A stretch of 64,000 bases of DNA from Leptospirales bacterium (GTDB lineage Bacteria > Spirochaetota > Leptospiria > Turneriellales > JAOUFE01). Below, one piece after another: positions 1 to 10,209 of the stretch. The notes under the pieces are model-generated. The model was not told the origin of the DNA and made no database searches. It was given only the letters and a program-made list of their open reading frames with translations. Positions within the stretch are counted from its first letter, which is position 1. Each line of letters opens with the position of its first letter. Where the stretch lies: the NCBI GenBank assembly GCA_040326155.1, contig JBEQLE010000003.1:32001-96000 (forward strand). Reading direction: 5' to 3'. The position numbers were made by a program, and so were the translations under genes.

Positions 1-2
1 GC

Positions 3-473
3 CATTATGGGGCAAACCCTTCATACGATATTTTACAACCCGGATTAAACTACAGAATCGATGAGTTTCGTTCCGCCCTCGGTCTAGTCCAACTCGAAAA
101 ACTTGACGCGAATAACGAATCCAGAAGAAAAATAACAGAATATTATATCAGCAGATTGAAAAACAGTCCGCTTACCATTCCTTTTGTCAAGATTGCGAGT
201 AGTGTAAAACCCTCCTACCATATTTTCCCGATTTTATTGCCGCAAAAAGTTGACCGAGCCGTTTTCATGGACGCCCTGAAAGCGGAAGGAATTCAGGCAA
301 GTATTCACTACCCTTCTTACAGACAATTTTCTTATTATAAAGACATTATTGATCAGAAAACTCCCATTTCAGACGAAATTTCAAATCGTGTTGTTACATT
401 GCCGCTCTACCCGACCATGACCGAAGACGAAGCCGAACAGGTTGTAAAAGCGGTTCTTTCAAATATCACATAA
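3..473 (+). CDS. DegT/DnrJ/EryC1/StrS family PLP-dependent sugar aminotransferase, C-terminal part (5' truncated by window edge)
   Basis: Frame open from nt 3 (HYGANPSYDILQPGLNYRIDEFRSALGLVQLEKL...); family motifs GxNYR, GIQASIHY, VVTLPLYPTM. Confidence 0.9.
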   Translation, partial: HYGANPSYDILQPGLNYRIDEFRSALGLVQLEKLDANNESRRKITEYYISRLKNSPLTIPFVKIASSVKPSYHIFPILLPQKVDRAVFMDALKAEGIQASIHYPSYRQFSYYKDIIDQKTPISDEISNRVVTLPLYPTMTEDEAEQVVKAVLSNIT

Positions 474-477
474 CAAC

Positions 478-499
478 AAAAAAGGGGAAGTCTCCCCTT
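478..499 (-). terminator. Intrinsic terminator (minus strand)
   Basis: Minus strand reads AAGGGGA-GACT-TCCCCTT then TTTT; the hairpin could also pause the convergent aminotransferase transcript. Confidence 0.75.
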
Positions 500-699
500 C
501 CACTTCGGCTGCCCTGCGGGCGAGCCTACGCTTAACCCCTCAATATTAAACCTTCAAGGTAACTTCGTCAATTGATGACGATACATCTTCGTCCATAGTA
601 TGCTCCTTGTTTTCCATTTTTTCGGACCGGTCCGAAAACTCACCTTCACCTCTCGCCAGAGCGGTAAAGGCGAAACTATGCGCCGACCTGGCTCATACT
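478..699 (-). ncRNA. Candidate structured RNA/leader containing a 16-codon sORF (596..546)
   Basis: Several hairpins, a perfect 20-bp palindrome at 619-638, 5' end complementary to the RBS-start region, ends in a terminator; family not recognised. Confidence 0.35.
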
Positions 700-757
700 A
701 TAGTAATAGGCAAAAAGAGCAAAATATTTCACTTTTTGGAAAAAAAGATTGCGCGAA

Positions 758-1135
758 CTAAGGTTTTCGAAAATATTTTATTTTGCCCTTTAGATTTTTA
801 AAGTCAACATCCTGGGTCCATAAAGTTGCGTTATACAGTAATGTTGTTGCATATATAATACTGTCAGCCATGGGAACATTATATTTGCAACTAAGCTTGG
901 CTGCGCTGATCGCATTTTCCTGATCTAAATCAACGACTTTACCTTGTTGCATGTGGGCAATCGCAGTTAAGGCAATGTCTTCATTGGTTTCGCTAAGTAA
1001 TTTTTTAAAAACTTCATAAAGTGTTATGGAAGGCACTATCAATTTCTTTGTATTTTCTATAGGTTTGGAAAATAGATTAGCTCTATTAGAGTCAGAAAAG
1101 TATTCTATCCAGCCGGATGAATCGACTATGTTCAA
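758..1135 (-). CDS. vapC: PIN-domain toxin, VapC family
   Basis: 125 aa; VDSSGWIEYF N-terminus, ADSIIYAT, LWTQD acidic PIN motifs; start overlaps antitoxin stop. Confidence 0.9.
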   Translation of the reverse strand: MNIVDSSGWIEYFSDSNRANLFSKPIENTKKLIVPSITLYEVFKKLLSETNEDIALTAIAHMQQGKVVDLDQENAISAAKLSCKYNVPMADSIIYATTLLYNATLWTQDVDFKNLKGKIKYFRKP

Positions 1136-1338
1136 ATTCGATCTTCTTCGCGATCTATGTTAGAGTCAATTCCTTTTGCCAACCCGCGCAACGACTTGAT
1201 GTTTTTCAAGGGTATGACTTCGATTCTACCGTCATAGGAAATAACTTCGACCTTTTGACCGGGAGTAATATTTGATTTTTCGCGAACCAATTTCGGTATT
1301 ACAATTTGATATTTTGAAGAGATAGTTACTGTACTCAT
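1132..1338 (-). CDS. vapB: AbrB/MazE/SpoVT-fold antitoxin (VapB)
   Basis: 68 aa; TISSKYQIVIPKLVRE..NITPGQKV swapped-hairpin motif; directly upstream of the PIN gene. Confidence 0.88.
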   Translation of the reverse strand: MSTVTISSKYQIVIPKLVREKSNITPGQKVEVISYDGRIEVIPLKNIKSLRGLAKGIDSNIDREEDRI

Positions 1339-1467
1339 AATAGCAATATATTAAATCTGCCACAAAATTGCAACTATTTTTTGATCGATCTAATAATCGT
1401 TGAACGAGCATGGCATCGGTATTGTCGTCTACAGAGGTTTGAGGATTACCGTTTCCGATGTTCCAGC

Positions 1468-3018
1468 TTACATGGCGTCGGGTATGAATGCAAATATTGA
1501 TTTATATTTCTTTTCGATGTCTGCAACTTCATCATCATCCAATTGGGAAAATTCATTTATTCTGGTCCTTTGCGAGAAAAGTCCGTTATTTTGTTCCAGA
1601 AAACGAAGTAAAAGTGCGACATTTTTATCGGGCATCTCAAAATGGTCATCGAGGTAAGATTTCATTTCATCGTATTTTTGAAGGTAAGATACTTCTTCGG
1701 GTATAATATTGCGAAGGGTGTCTTCAACACAATCATATAAAAACTCGGCTTGCCTGGTGGCGTCAAAGAAACTGTATAAATCCATTGTCTCATTCAGGAC
1801 TTCAATGTTGTTCTCAGGGGTGATGGTCCATTTTATAAAGTCCAGCAATGGTTCTGAATAGGACTCCAGGGTTTGGCGGTAATCATCGATATGGTTTAAA
1901 ATTGACGCAGACACTGGAAAAATAATACCTTGCTCTGCAAGTTGTTTTTTGGAAAGAACATGGTGAATAAGATAACGGTGTAACCTGCCATTGCCGTCTT
2001 CGAGGGGGTGAATAAATACAAAGCCAAAAGAGATCACGGCTGCGGCGAGCACGGCATCAAACCCAGGGTCTTCCAAAAGCTTACTTGTTTCCATCAATCC
2101 GTCGATGAGTTTTTCCAGATCTTTCCACCTCGCGCAAATATGATCGGGAATCGGTTCGCCGGTGGTCCTGTCGTGCTCCCCCACAAAACCGCCTTGTTCG
2201 CGAAAACCCATATTCATAAAGCGGTCGCTTGCAATAATTATCTGTTGCAATCGGAGAATTTCATTTTTCGATAAAGGCTTTAAACCGGCCTGACCGATGG
2301 CCCTGCCCCATCGCGATGCCCGGGCGCCGCCAGGCTCTTCACCCTCTATGGCAAAAGAGGCTTTTGAATCTTTCAGCAGCAAAAAAGCGGAAGCGCGCCG
2401 TAACACGTCTTTGTGAATACTGCTCAGGTAGGTCTGTTTTTGATCGGAAAGGTTAGAGCTGGTCATGGCTTTGAGTTTGGCACTCTTATAAATGAGCGGG
2501 CAGAAGGTTCGGGTTCCCGGCAGATTATTGAGAATGCGGTGGCGCGGCGAGCGGACGCCCTCGATGGTAAACTGGATGTCGTCATCAAGCAAGGGAACAT
2601 AGTTTCCCGCGCTGAGATTCGGCAAGTCAAGTTGATCTTGCGTTAACCACTCATATAAAAACCATATTTTTCGGCTATACTGCCCCGAAGGTTCGATTCG
2701 TATAAGATCGAGCACTTCATCTTTGGTCAGTTTGGCAAACAGTCGATTCAAAACCAATAAATTTATCCCTTCGTATTTGATGGCAAAAATCAGTTGCTTA
2801 TACAAATTATCTTCAGGTTGGTGCCTCGGGGTAAAAACCAGCCACCCCTCTTCTTCATATTGCCTTTTTTTTGAGCTGATCAAACAAAGAGTATGAGGAA
2901 GCGGCAGGGGCAAATCGAGGGCGTCAATGATGGACCCATAACCCGCAATCAAACCCGTCTCGGGCACCTCTCTTCCGTGAAAAACAGTTATTTTACGTGA
3001 AAAACGATTATATTTCAT
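1468..3018 (-). CDS. Fic family protein (long form)
   Basis: HPLEDGNGRLHR matches the Fic motif HPFx(D/E)GNGR; likely start ATG at 3018 (ORF track extends to 3069). Confidence 0.9.
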   Translation of the reverse strand: MKYNRFSRKITVFHGREVPETGLIAGYGSIIDALDLPLPLPHTLCLISSKKRQYEEEGWLVFTPRHQPEDNLYKQLIFAIKYEGINLLVLNRLFAKLTKDEVLDLIRIEPSGQYSRKIWFLYEWLTQDQLDLPNLSAGNYVPLLDDDIQFTIEGVRSPRHRILNNLPGTRTFCPLIYKSAKLKAMTSSNLSDQKQTYLSSIHKDVLRRASAFLLLKDSKASFAIEGEEPGGARASRWGRAIGQAGLKPLSKNEILRLQQIIIASDRFMNMGFREQGGFVGEHDRTTGEPIPDHICARWKDLEKLIDGLMETSKLLEDPGFDAVLAAAVISFGFVFIHPLEDGNGRLHRYLIHHVLSKKQLAEQGIIFPVSASILNHIDDYRQTLESYSEPLLDFIKWTITPENNIEVLNETMDLYSFFDATRQAEFLYDCVEDTLRNIIPEEVSYLQKYDEMKSYLDDHFEMPDKNVALLLRFLEQNNGLFSQRTRINEFSQLDDDEVADIEKKYKSIFAFIPDAM

Positions 3019-3117
3019 AGTAAACCGTGAAAAACAGGTATAATTTGGGGTAAGTAGATGACATAGCAATCCTTTTTTGGGGACTTTTTTGTGCTCCGAA
3101 AGGGCTATTTCCGGCTG

Positions 3118-4515
3118 TCATCTACCCTGAAGGTGCAAAATAACTTTTATAGTTCGAATTAATATAGTAAGGTCGAGCAGCAGACTGTAATTTTTTATAT
3201 AGTATATATCGTATTCAAGTTTTTCTCGGGCGTCTTCAATGGAGGCTCCATAAGGATACATTACCTGGGCCCATCCGGTTATACCGGGCTTTAATGAGTT
3301 TCGTAAATTATAATACGGAATTTTAGCTTTCAGCTTTTTATCAAATTCCGGTCTTTCGGGCCGGGGGCCGATAAAGCTCATTTCTCCTTTCAATATATTT
3401 AGAAGTTGTGGCAGTTCATCAAAACGTAGCTTACGAATAATTTTACCAACTCTGGTTACCCGTTCGTCGTTTTTACTCGCCCACTGCGCCCCTTTTTTTT
3501 CTGCATCGGTACGCATGGAACGAAATTTATATAAAGTGAATGGCTTACCATTTACCCCGGTTCTAGTTTGCTTGAAAATAACAGGTCCTTTTGAATCGAG
3601 TAATACAAAAAGGCTCGTTAATAACAACAAAGGAGAGGAGATTATGAGTCCAGATATAGCTACGACAATGTCGATGAGGTTTTTAACCCGTATACCGATG
3701 GGATTATGAATAAGATCAAAACCATGGGAAAACACAAACCATTTTTTATTTATATTCAGAACGGGAACTTTTTGCCATGTCATCTCGTAGAAATCGGTCA
3801 GGTCATAGACGCGAACACCCGATAAGCGAGCTTGCATTAGCTCGTTTTGCATTGCATTTGTAATGGCGTCACTATCGGAGCAGGCTAAAACAATTCCCTT
3901 TGGTTGCATTGTTTTCCAGTGGGAAAGTTTGTTCCAGCCGCCTATAATTCTTTTGGGTTTAACTCCCATTTCAATTAATTTCTTTTTATCCGACGCAAAT
4001 TGCTTCGTCAGAACTTCGTATCTGGATTGAAATTTGGACTGTTTTAGATCTACTAAAAAAGGCGAAAGGGTTTCCAGGTCTCCGAGTAACAACCAGAAGT
4101 CCTGTGAAAGTTTTATACGAACCATACGACTGGTTACCCAGCGAATAATACCAACCCAGACAACATATTGAAACATTGCGAAACTAAATATTCCGCGTCC
4201 CGTTAGACCACCCTGGTATCGTAAGGGGGTCAGAAATAAAATCGTGTTGGTTATAACAATAAGTAAAACTCCGGTTATAAAAGTACGATTTATAATAAAA
4301 TTATTAGACCGCCTTTCGTCAAAATTGTTTAAGTTTAGAATATACTCTATAGAAAAAGAGATTGAAATAATTAAAAGCAGCAACCAGGAGAACGCATAAT
4401 TCGGCGCCAACTGATTTTTATAAACATAATAACTGACGTTAAAAGAGCCTGCCAGTGCTGCAAAATCGAATAAAAAAAGAAAAAAGGTACGCCTGGCTTT
4501 TTTTTTAATAAACAT
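3118..4515 (-). CDS. Polyprenyl glycosylphosphotransferase (WcaJ/WbaP-like priming sugar transferase)
   Basis: N-terminal TM helices; C-terminal KFRSM, DELPQL, GPRPE, KPGITGWAQV motifs. Confidence 0.93.
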   Translation of the reverse strand: MFIKKKARRTFFLFLFDFAALAGSFNVSYYVYKNQLAPNYAFSWLLLLIISISFSIEYILNLNNFDERRSNNFIINRTFITGVLLIVITNTILFLTPLRYQGGLTGRGIFSFAMFQYVVWVGIIRWVTSRMVRIKLSQDFWLLLGDLETLSPFLVDLKQSKFQSRYEVLTKQFASDKKKLIEMGVKPKRIIGGWNKLSHWKTMQPKGIVLACSDSDAITNAMQNELMQARLSGVRVYDLTDFYEMTWQKVPVLNINKKWFVFSHGFDLIHNPIGIRVKNLIDIVVAISGLIISSPLLLLTSLFVLLDSKGPVIFKQTRTGVNGKPFTLYKFRSMRTDAEKKGAQWASKNDERVTRVGKIIRKLRFDELPQLLNILKGEMSFIGPRPERPEFDKKLKAKIPYYNLRNSLKPGITGWAQVMYPYGASIEDAREKLEYDIYYIKNYSLLLDLTILIRTIKVILHLQGR

Positions 4516-4925
4516 ATCAGTTATTGAAAATCCTGGTATTATACCAATCTTAAAAACGAATAGACCCGTAAAGAATTAGTTACAAAAATGTTGCATCGAA
4601 TTTGGTGCTGTAAATTGGGGGAAAATAGAAAATCGGGTCAGAGAATTTACCATTTTTCTCCGCAGATGGCTGAAAAGTCAAAATAATATTTTTAAGGGTT
4701 AAATTTGCAACTATATATTGCTTGTCGGCGCGTCATAGTTTTAGATTCTTTTAAAAGTATGATTCTTGATTTTGTATGCGTTGGGCCGGGTAGAAAAAGT
4801 TCTTTTCTAATGCGTCAAATTAGTTGATGACCAGGGAAATTTCAAACGCTTTTATTAATCATCCCGATAAACTCAGGTCGCAGACGTTTGTATTCGATAA
4901 TAAGAGTAAAAGTGAAAGGTAAAAA

Positions 4926-6299
4926 ATGATCAATATAGTTTTATGCGGGGGCAGCGGTACAAGGTTATGGCCAATTAGTCGTAAGTTGATGCCGAAACAG
5001 TTTGTTCCCCTTTTTGAAAATCGCTCTTTATACCAGCTCACCCTGGAACGAAACCGAAACATTTGTGATGCAACGATTATTGTCTCTAACGAAGATCAAT
5101 ATTTTCTGGCTTCGGACCAGAAAGATGAATTGAAAGTTCCGAATACCCAATTTCTTCTGGAGCCATTTGGTAAAAACACGGCTCCGGCTATTGCCCTGGC
5201 TTGTCTGCAACTCAAAAAAGATGATATTATACTGGTTACCCCTTCAGACCATATCGTTAAAAAAAACACAGCGTATGCGGAAGCCATAAACCGGGCCGGT
5301 GAACTTGCCCGCGAAGGCGCTCTGGTTACGTTTGGAATTAAACCGGAAACTCCCGAAACGGGGTTTGGTTATATTCACGCCGATGGCGAAAATGTTTTAT
5401 CGTTTAAAGAAAAGCCCGACCTGGATACGGCAAAAAAATATCTGGAGCAGGGAAATTACTATTGGAACAGCGGAATGTTTTGTTTTCTTGCGTCATCTTA
5501 TTTGAAAGAGCTGAAAAAACAAAATCCTGAAATGCACGATGCGTGTGAACAAGCGGTAAAATCTGGCGTGGTCACCGAAAATACCTTACGTATTACTGCG
5601 GAAGCAATGGAAAAAATTCCCGATGACAGCATCGATTATGCCGTAATGGAAAAATGTAAAAACGTAAAAGTTGTTCCTTCAGATGTTGGCTGGTCCGACG
5701 TGGGTAGTTTTGACAGTCTGTATTACGAGCTTCCCAACGATGAAGATGGTAATACGATCTGCCATAACCATATTAACATTGATTCCTCGAATAATATGAT
5801 CGTAGGCAATGAACGGTTGATTGCAACGATAGATGTACACGATCTGCATATTATTGATACCACCGACGCTCTGCTCATTGCACGAAGGGGCAGCGGTCAA
5901 AGAGTAAAAGAGATTGTCGGTAAGCTGAAAGAGTCGGGTTCCGACCTTCCCGATTTACATGTAACAGCTCATCGTCCCTGGGGTACATATACTATTCTGG
6001 AAGAGGGACCCGGCTATAAAATAAAAACAATCGTTGTAAAACCGCGAAAACGCCTGAGTTTGCAAAAGCACTTTCACAGAAATGAACATTGGGTTGTTGT
6101 CTCCGGTACCGCTTTAGTTACTGTCGGTGAAGATGAAAAAATTGTGCGACAGAATGAATCGATCTATATTTCTATGGGAACAAAACACCGCCTGGATAAC
6201 CCCGGTAAAGTCGATCTCGTATTGATTGAAGCGCAGGTTGGCGAATACCTGGGAGAGGACGATATTGTCAGACTTGAAGATGACTTTAACCGTTCTTAA
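4926..6299 (+). CDS. manC: Mannose-1-phosphate guanylyltransferase/mannose-6-phosphate isomerase
   Basis: GGSGTRLWP, PKQF, EPFGKNTA, WNSGMF, SIDYAVME, C-terminal cupin RPWG...SLQKH. Confidence 0.96.
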   Translation: MINIVLCGGSGTRLWPISRKLMPKQFVPLFENRSLYQLTLERNRNICDATIIVSNEDQYFLASDQKDELKVPNTQFLLEPFGKNTAPAIALACLQLKKDDIILVTPSDHIVKKNTAYAEAINRAGELAREGALVTFGIKPETPETGFGYIHADGENVLSFKEKPDLDTAKKYLEQGNYYWNSGMFCFLASSYLKELKKQNPEMHDACEQAVKSGVVTENTLRITAEAMEKIPDDSIDYAVMEKCKNVKVVPSDVGWSDVGSFDSLYYELPNDEDGNTICHNHINIDSSNNMIVGNERLIATIDVHDLHIIDTTDALLIARRGSGQRVKEIVGKLKESGSDLPDLHVTAHRPWGTYTILEEGPGYKIKTIVVKPRKRLSLQKHFHRNEHWVVVSGTALVTVGEDEKIVRQNESIYISMGTKHRLDNPGKVDLVLIEAQVGEYLGEDDIVRLEDDFNRS

Positions 6300-6378
6300 A
6301 AACAGTGATGAAAAAACAATTTACAATAGAAAGGCAAAAGATTAGCCGTAATAATCTTAATTTTCGTATATTGTAACA

Positions 6379-8319
6379 ATGCCAGCACCAAATGAAATAA
6401 TAAAAGTGGAAAATACCGTATATTTAATCGGTAATCCTAATGTTGGTAAATCGGTTATTTTTTCCGCGCTTACGAAAAAGTATGCCACGGTATCGAATTA
6501 CCCCGGAACAACGGTTGAAGTTACGAAGGGGTTAATACCCGGTAACTTACTAAAAAAACAAAAAATAGAACTCGTTGATACTCCTGGTGTAAATAACCTC
6601 GTTCCGTTAAGTGAGGACGAACGTGTTACCAGAGATATATTATATAATCATGAAAAAGCCACTGGTAAAAAACCCAGAGTCGTTCTTGTTATAGATGCCA
6701 AAAACCTCAGGCGAGGTCTGATACTGGCTTACCAACTGGCCTATTCCGACATTCCCTATTTTGTCGTACTGAACATGATGGACGAGGCAAACTCACTTGG
6801 CATAAACATCGACCGTAAATTGCTTCAGAAAAAACTTGGAGTTCCTGTTATACCTGCTATTGCCATTCAAAAAGAGGGCATTCACGAAATAAATCAATTA
6901 ATACACGAAACGTTTCAAACATCCTCCGCTACGCTCTCTTTTCCAGCGGAGCACCAGAATGCTATTGAATCGATGATTGCTACAGTACACCCGTTGTTAT
7001 CGTTGTCGGTGTTCTATTCAGATACAACGGTTCGCGACATGCTCAAAGTCGCACAAGTAGAAGAGGCGGAGAAAATTTTAGCCAAATCTACTTTGAACCA
7101 TAAAAGATTTCAAATTATATGGGTGGAACACGCGAACAATTTAATGTCCGAAGTTTACCAGCGGGAGATCGCTTCCCAAAGCGGGTTTTTAAACTTTCTC
7201 GGCCATTTGTCAATAAGGCCGTTGACGGGTTCTTTTTTACTGCTGGGTGTTTTATATCTGATTTATCAATTTGTCGGTTTTCTGGGAGCTCAGGTAGGCG
7301 TAGATTTTCTCGAGAAAACTCTTTTTGCTGATTATATAAATCCATTTTTTATTTCTGTGTTTACATATATATCTCCGCCCGATCTGATTTTCGACCTTTT
7401 TGTTGGTAAGTATGGACTCTTAACAATGGGGGTCACCTACGCCGTTGCTATTATTTTACCGATTGTCATTACATTTTTTATTGCTTTTAGTTTTCTGGAA
7501 GATTCTGGCTATTTACCGCGAATGGGGGCTCTGTTAAACACAATGTTTAAGTACATGGGTTTAAACGGTAAAGCTGTTTTGCCTATGGTGCTCGGCCTGG
7601 GTTGTGATACTATGGCAACCATGACAGCGCGTGTTCTCGACAATCGAAAAGAGCGAGTTCTTGTGACATTATTATTGGCGCTTGGCGTCCCTTGTTCCGC
7701 CCAGTTAGGGGTAATGTTTGCCTTCGGGGTTCACCTGAGTTTCGGTTATGTATTGGCCTGGGCGCTTATTGTTTTTTCGATATTGGTCATTGTGGGTTTC
7801 ACCGCTTCAAAGCTTATGCCGGGCCGTACGTCCATGTTTTTGATGGAACTTCCCCCGCTTCGGCTTCCCCAGGCTATAAACATTTTTCGTAAAACTTACA
7901 TGCGGTCAAAATGGTATATTAAAGAAGCAGTACCAATTTTTATTCTCGGTACTTTTTTACTGTTTCTGCTCGATACATTACAAATTCTTCCGCTATTAAA
8001 CGAATGGTTAAAGCCAATTACCGTTCATGCCCTGGGTTTGCCGGCGGAATCGGCGAAAGGGTTTATTCTGGGGTTTTTACGACGTGATTTTGGCGCCGCA
8101 GGTTTTCTGGTCATGATGGAAGATGGCTTGTTGAATTCTCGCCAGGCTCTTGTTTCACTTGTCGTTATTACACTTTTTGTTCCTTGTGTGGCTAACCTGC
8201 TCATGATGATTAAAGAAAGAGGGTTTAAAACAGCAATGGCAATTGTATTTTTTATTATTCCCTTTTCCTTTTTAATCGGTACTATATTAAACTATACACT
8301 TCGTTTATTTTCATTGTAG
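6379..8319 (+). CDS. feoB: Ferrous iron transporter B
   Basis: GNPNVGKS, NYPGTTV, DTPG, NMMD G-domain motifs; LEDSGYLPR, GLGC, VPCSA membrane domain. Confidence 0.95.
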   Translation: MPAPNEIIKVENTVYLIGNPNVGKSVIFSALTKKYATVSNYPGTTVEVTKGLIPGNLLKKQKIELVDTPGVNNLVPLSEDERVTRDILYNHEKATGKKPRVVLVIDAKNLRRGLILAYQLAYSDIPYFVVLNMMDEANSLGINIDRKLLQKKLGVPVIPAIAIQKEGIHEINQLIHETFQTSSATLSFPAEHQNAIESMIATVHPLLSLSVFYSDTTVRDMLKVAQVEEAEKILAKSTLNHKRFQIIWVEHANNLMSEVYQREIASQSGFLNFLGHLSIRPLTGSFLLLGVLYLIYQFVGFLGAQVGVDFLEKTLFADYINPFFISVFTYISPPDLIFDLFVGKYGLLTMGVTYAVAIILPIVITFFIAFSFLEDSGYLPRMGALLNTMFKYMGLNGKAVLPMVLGLGCDTMATMTARVLDNRKERVLVTLLLALGVPCSAQLGVMFAFGVHLSFGYVLAWALIVFSILVIVGFTASKLMPGRTSMFLMELPPLRLPQAINIFRKTYMRSKWYIKEAVPIFILGTFLLFLLDTLQILPLLNEWLKPITVHALGLPAESAKGFILGFLRRDFGAAGFLVMMEDGLLNSRQALVSLVVITLFVPCVANLLMMIKERGFKTAMAIVFFIIPFSFLIGTILNYTLRLFSL

Positions 8320-8346
8320 ACGAATTTTTACTCAAATTTTTCTTAT

Positions 8347-9369
8347 ATGAGTCGATACGAGAGCATGGCAAAAGGCGCATCCACAAATTCAGAAATAAAA
8401 AACGATGTAAAAAAAATGACGCACGCGTTTAAGGCTATTTCAAAGTTTTCAGGACTTTATGGATGGGTCTATTTTTTAATTGTTCTTATAGGCACATTAA
8501 CCATGGGTGGAATTTTCGGTTACACTCTTTACACAGAAGTACGATTGCTCGATCGTGATTTTCGACAATCAGGTAGAGCGATTGCCTTGTCTCTGGGTGA
8601 GAATTCAAAAATAAGCATAGAAACTAAAAAATACGCTCCTTTAATATTAATTTTTGATCATTTACTCGAAGAGCAAAAACAAAACGATAGTATACCCTTA
8701 ATTGAAGAGGTGTTTTTATTAAGCCGTAAGGGAGTAGTGCTGGCTCATCCGGACCCGACTTTGGTTACGGTTCATGCAAAAAGCATCGTCAGTAAAATAT
8801 CGGGCCATTATAATAACGAATTTTTTCATAACTCTGTTATGCTCTCACCGGGTGATGTGTATGTGCAACCTTACCCAAGCGAAAAATATGACAGGGGGGG
8901 TAAAATACTGCATCTATTGAAGGCTGTTTTGCCCGAATTTTATTTTCGCGCTGTAGATTTTTCAACACCGATTCATATTAAAAGAAAGGCAGAGGGAAGT
9001 CTGCATGTTGTTATGTCACGGCGAAATATAGATAAATTTCTATTCGAAAAATTAGAAGCTTTTGGCATAGCCTGGCTCGGTTTAATCTCGGGAGCTGCCC
9101 TGTTTTTAGTGTTCATACGAATTCCAATACAAAAAAAATGGAAACAAATTCAAGGCCTTCTTATAATTCTTAAGGCAGAAACAGACCAAGTCAGGTTTCA
9201 AGAAGAAATGCTATATATTGATAAAAGAATCGAAGAATTAAAAGTGGCTGCCATTGCTCCGAATGAGTCAAAGTCGGAAGGAACCGAACCGAGTAAAAGG
9301 TCGGGCGATATTCTGGAGCCTATTGATTTTGATAATGTCCAGGATGCTATTTTAATTGAGGAAAACTAA
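8347..9369 (+). CDS. Membrane protein with two TM helices flanking a Cache-like extracytoplasmic domain
   Basis: TM near aa 37-62 and 237-257; VFLLSRKGVVLAHPD resembles Cache domains; stop overlaps next start (TAATG). Confidence 0.55.
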   Translation: MSRYESMAKGASTNSEIKNDVKKMTHAFKAISKFSGLYGWVYFLIVLIGTLTMGGIFGYTLYTEVRLLDRDFRQSGRAIALSLGENSKISIETKKYAPLILIFDHLLEEQKQNDSIPLIEEVFLLSRKGVVLAHPDPTLVTVHAKSIVSKISGHYNNEFFHNSVMLSPGDVYVQPYPSEKYDRGGKILHLLKAVLPEFYFRAVDFSTPIHIKRKAEGSLHVVMSRRNIDKFLFEKLEAFGIAWLGLISGAALFLVFIRIPIQKKWKQIQGLLIILKAETDQVRFQEEMLYIDKRIEELKVAAIAPNESKSEGTEPSKRSGDILEPIDFDNVQDAILIEEN

Positions 9370-10202
9370 TGCTTGAATTAAAAACTTCCGTACAAAGTAA
9401 TATTTTCGACATCGAACTCTCCGGCGCACTAGATAGCCAGAGTGCATACGATTTTAAATCGTGGATGATTCAAAAAAATCTCGAAGGGTATCGTGTAATT
9501 TCGTTAAATTGCCACGGCTTAGAGTATATATCCTCTCGGGGTATTGGTTCTCTGGTCGATATTCACCGGGTGTTTCATTCCAAGCAATCGGTGCTGGTTT
9601 TATACCATGTGAGTAATGAAGTTTTGCAACTTCTGGAGTTTTTGAAACTAACAAGCGAGATTGTTATTCTTGCCGACTTTAAATCTGTTTCCGATTCTTA
9701 TGCCGATATTGCCCGTGAAGCCACACCAGAAGAACCACCTCCGGCACCTGCACAGACAAAAGTACCTGAAGAACCCAAAGACAGTGTTTCGCAAGAAAAA
9801 TCGACACCGGAGGAACAAACCTCCGCTCCTGTTGACGAGAATGTGGAAGAAGTTATAGAGCTTGATATTGAAGAGACGCCACTTGCAGTTCCAGCGTCAT
9901 CGCCAGAACCAGTCAGTACAGAAATCGTAAAAGAGACGGTGGTTGAAAACACCACATCAGCGCCAGCGGCTATTCAAGACGCCCCTGTGCCACACGCAGA
10001 ACCTGCGCCACAGGCTGTCGAAGAACAAGATGAGTATATTAATTTAACAGAAACCGCTTCAGAGAGTGTACAATCTCACCCTACTGAATTTACGCCGATG
10101 TATGTGTATTGTCCCAATTGTCGCCAAAGTTTGCGAATTAAGAAAGCCGGACAATATTTATGCCCGGAATGCAGAACCAAATTTCGATACCCTTTTGACT
10201 AA
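9369..10202 (+). CDS. STAS-domain protein with Pro/Glu-rich linker and C-terminal zinc ribbon
   Basis: LSGALD...LEYISSRGIG STAS motif; CPNC..CPEC at C-terminus. Confidence 0.85.
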   Translation: MLELKTSVQSNIFDIELSGALDSQSAYDFKSWMIQKNLEGYRVISLNCHGLEYISSRGIGSLVDIHRVFHSKQSVLVLYHVSNEVLQLLEFLKLTSEIVILADFKSVSDSYADIAREATPEEPPPAPAQTKVPEEPKDSVSQEKSTPEEQTSAPVDENVEEVIELDIEETPLAVPASSPEPVSTEIVKETVVENTTSAPAAIQDAPVPHAEPAPQAVEEQDEYINLTETASESVQSHPTEFTPMYVYCPNCRQSLRIKKAGQYLCPECRTKFRYPFD

Positions 10203-10209
10203 TTATGTT

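Noticed and set aside
1399..1467. Possible integron attC site after Fic
   Set aside because: Ends do not fit RYYYAAC/GTTRRRY, L-box spacing is wrong, and there is no integrase in the window
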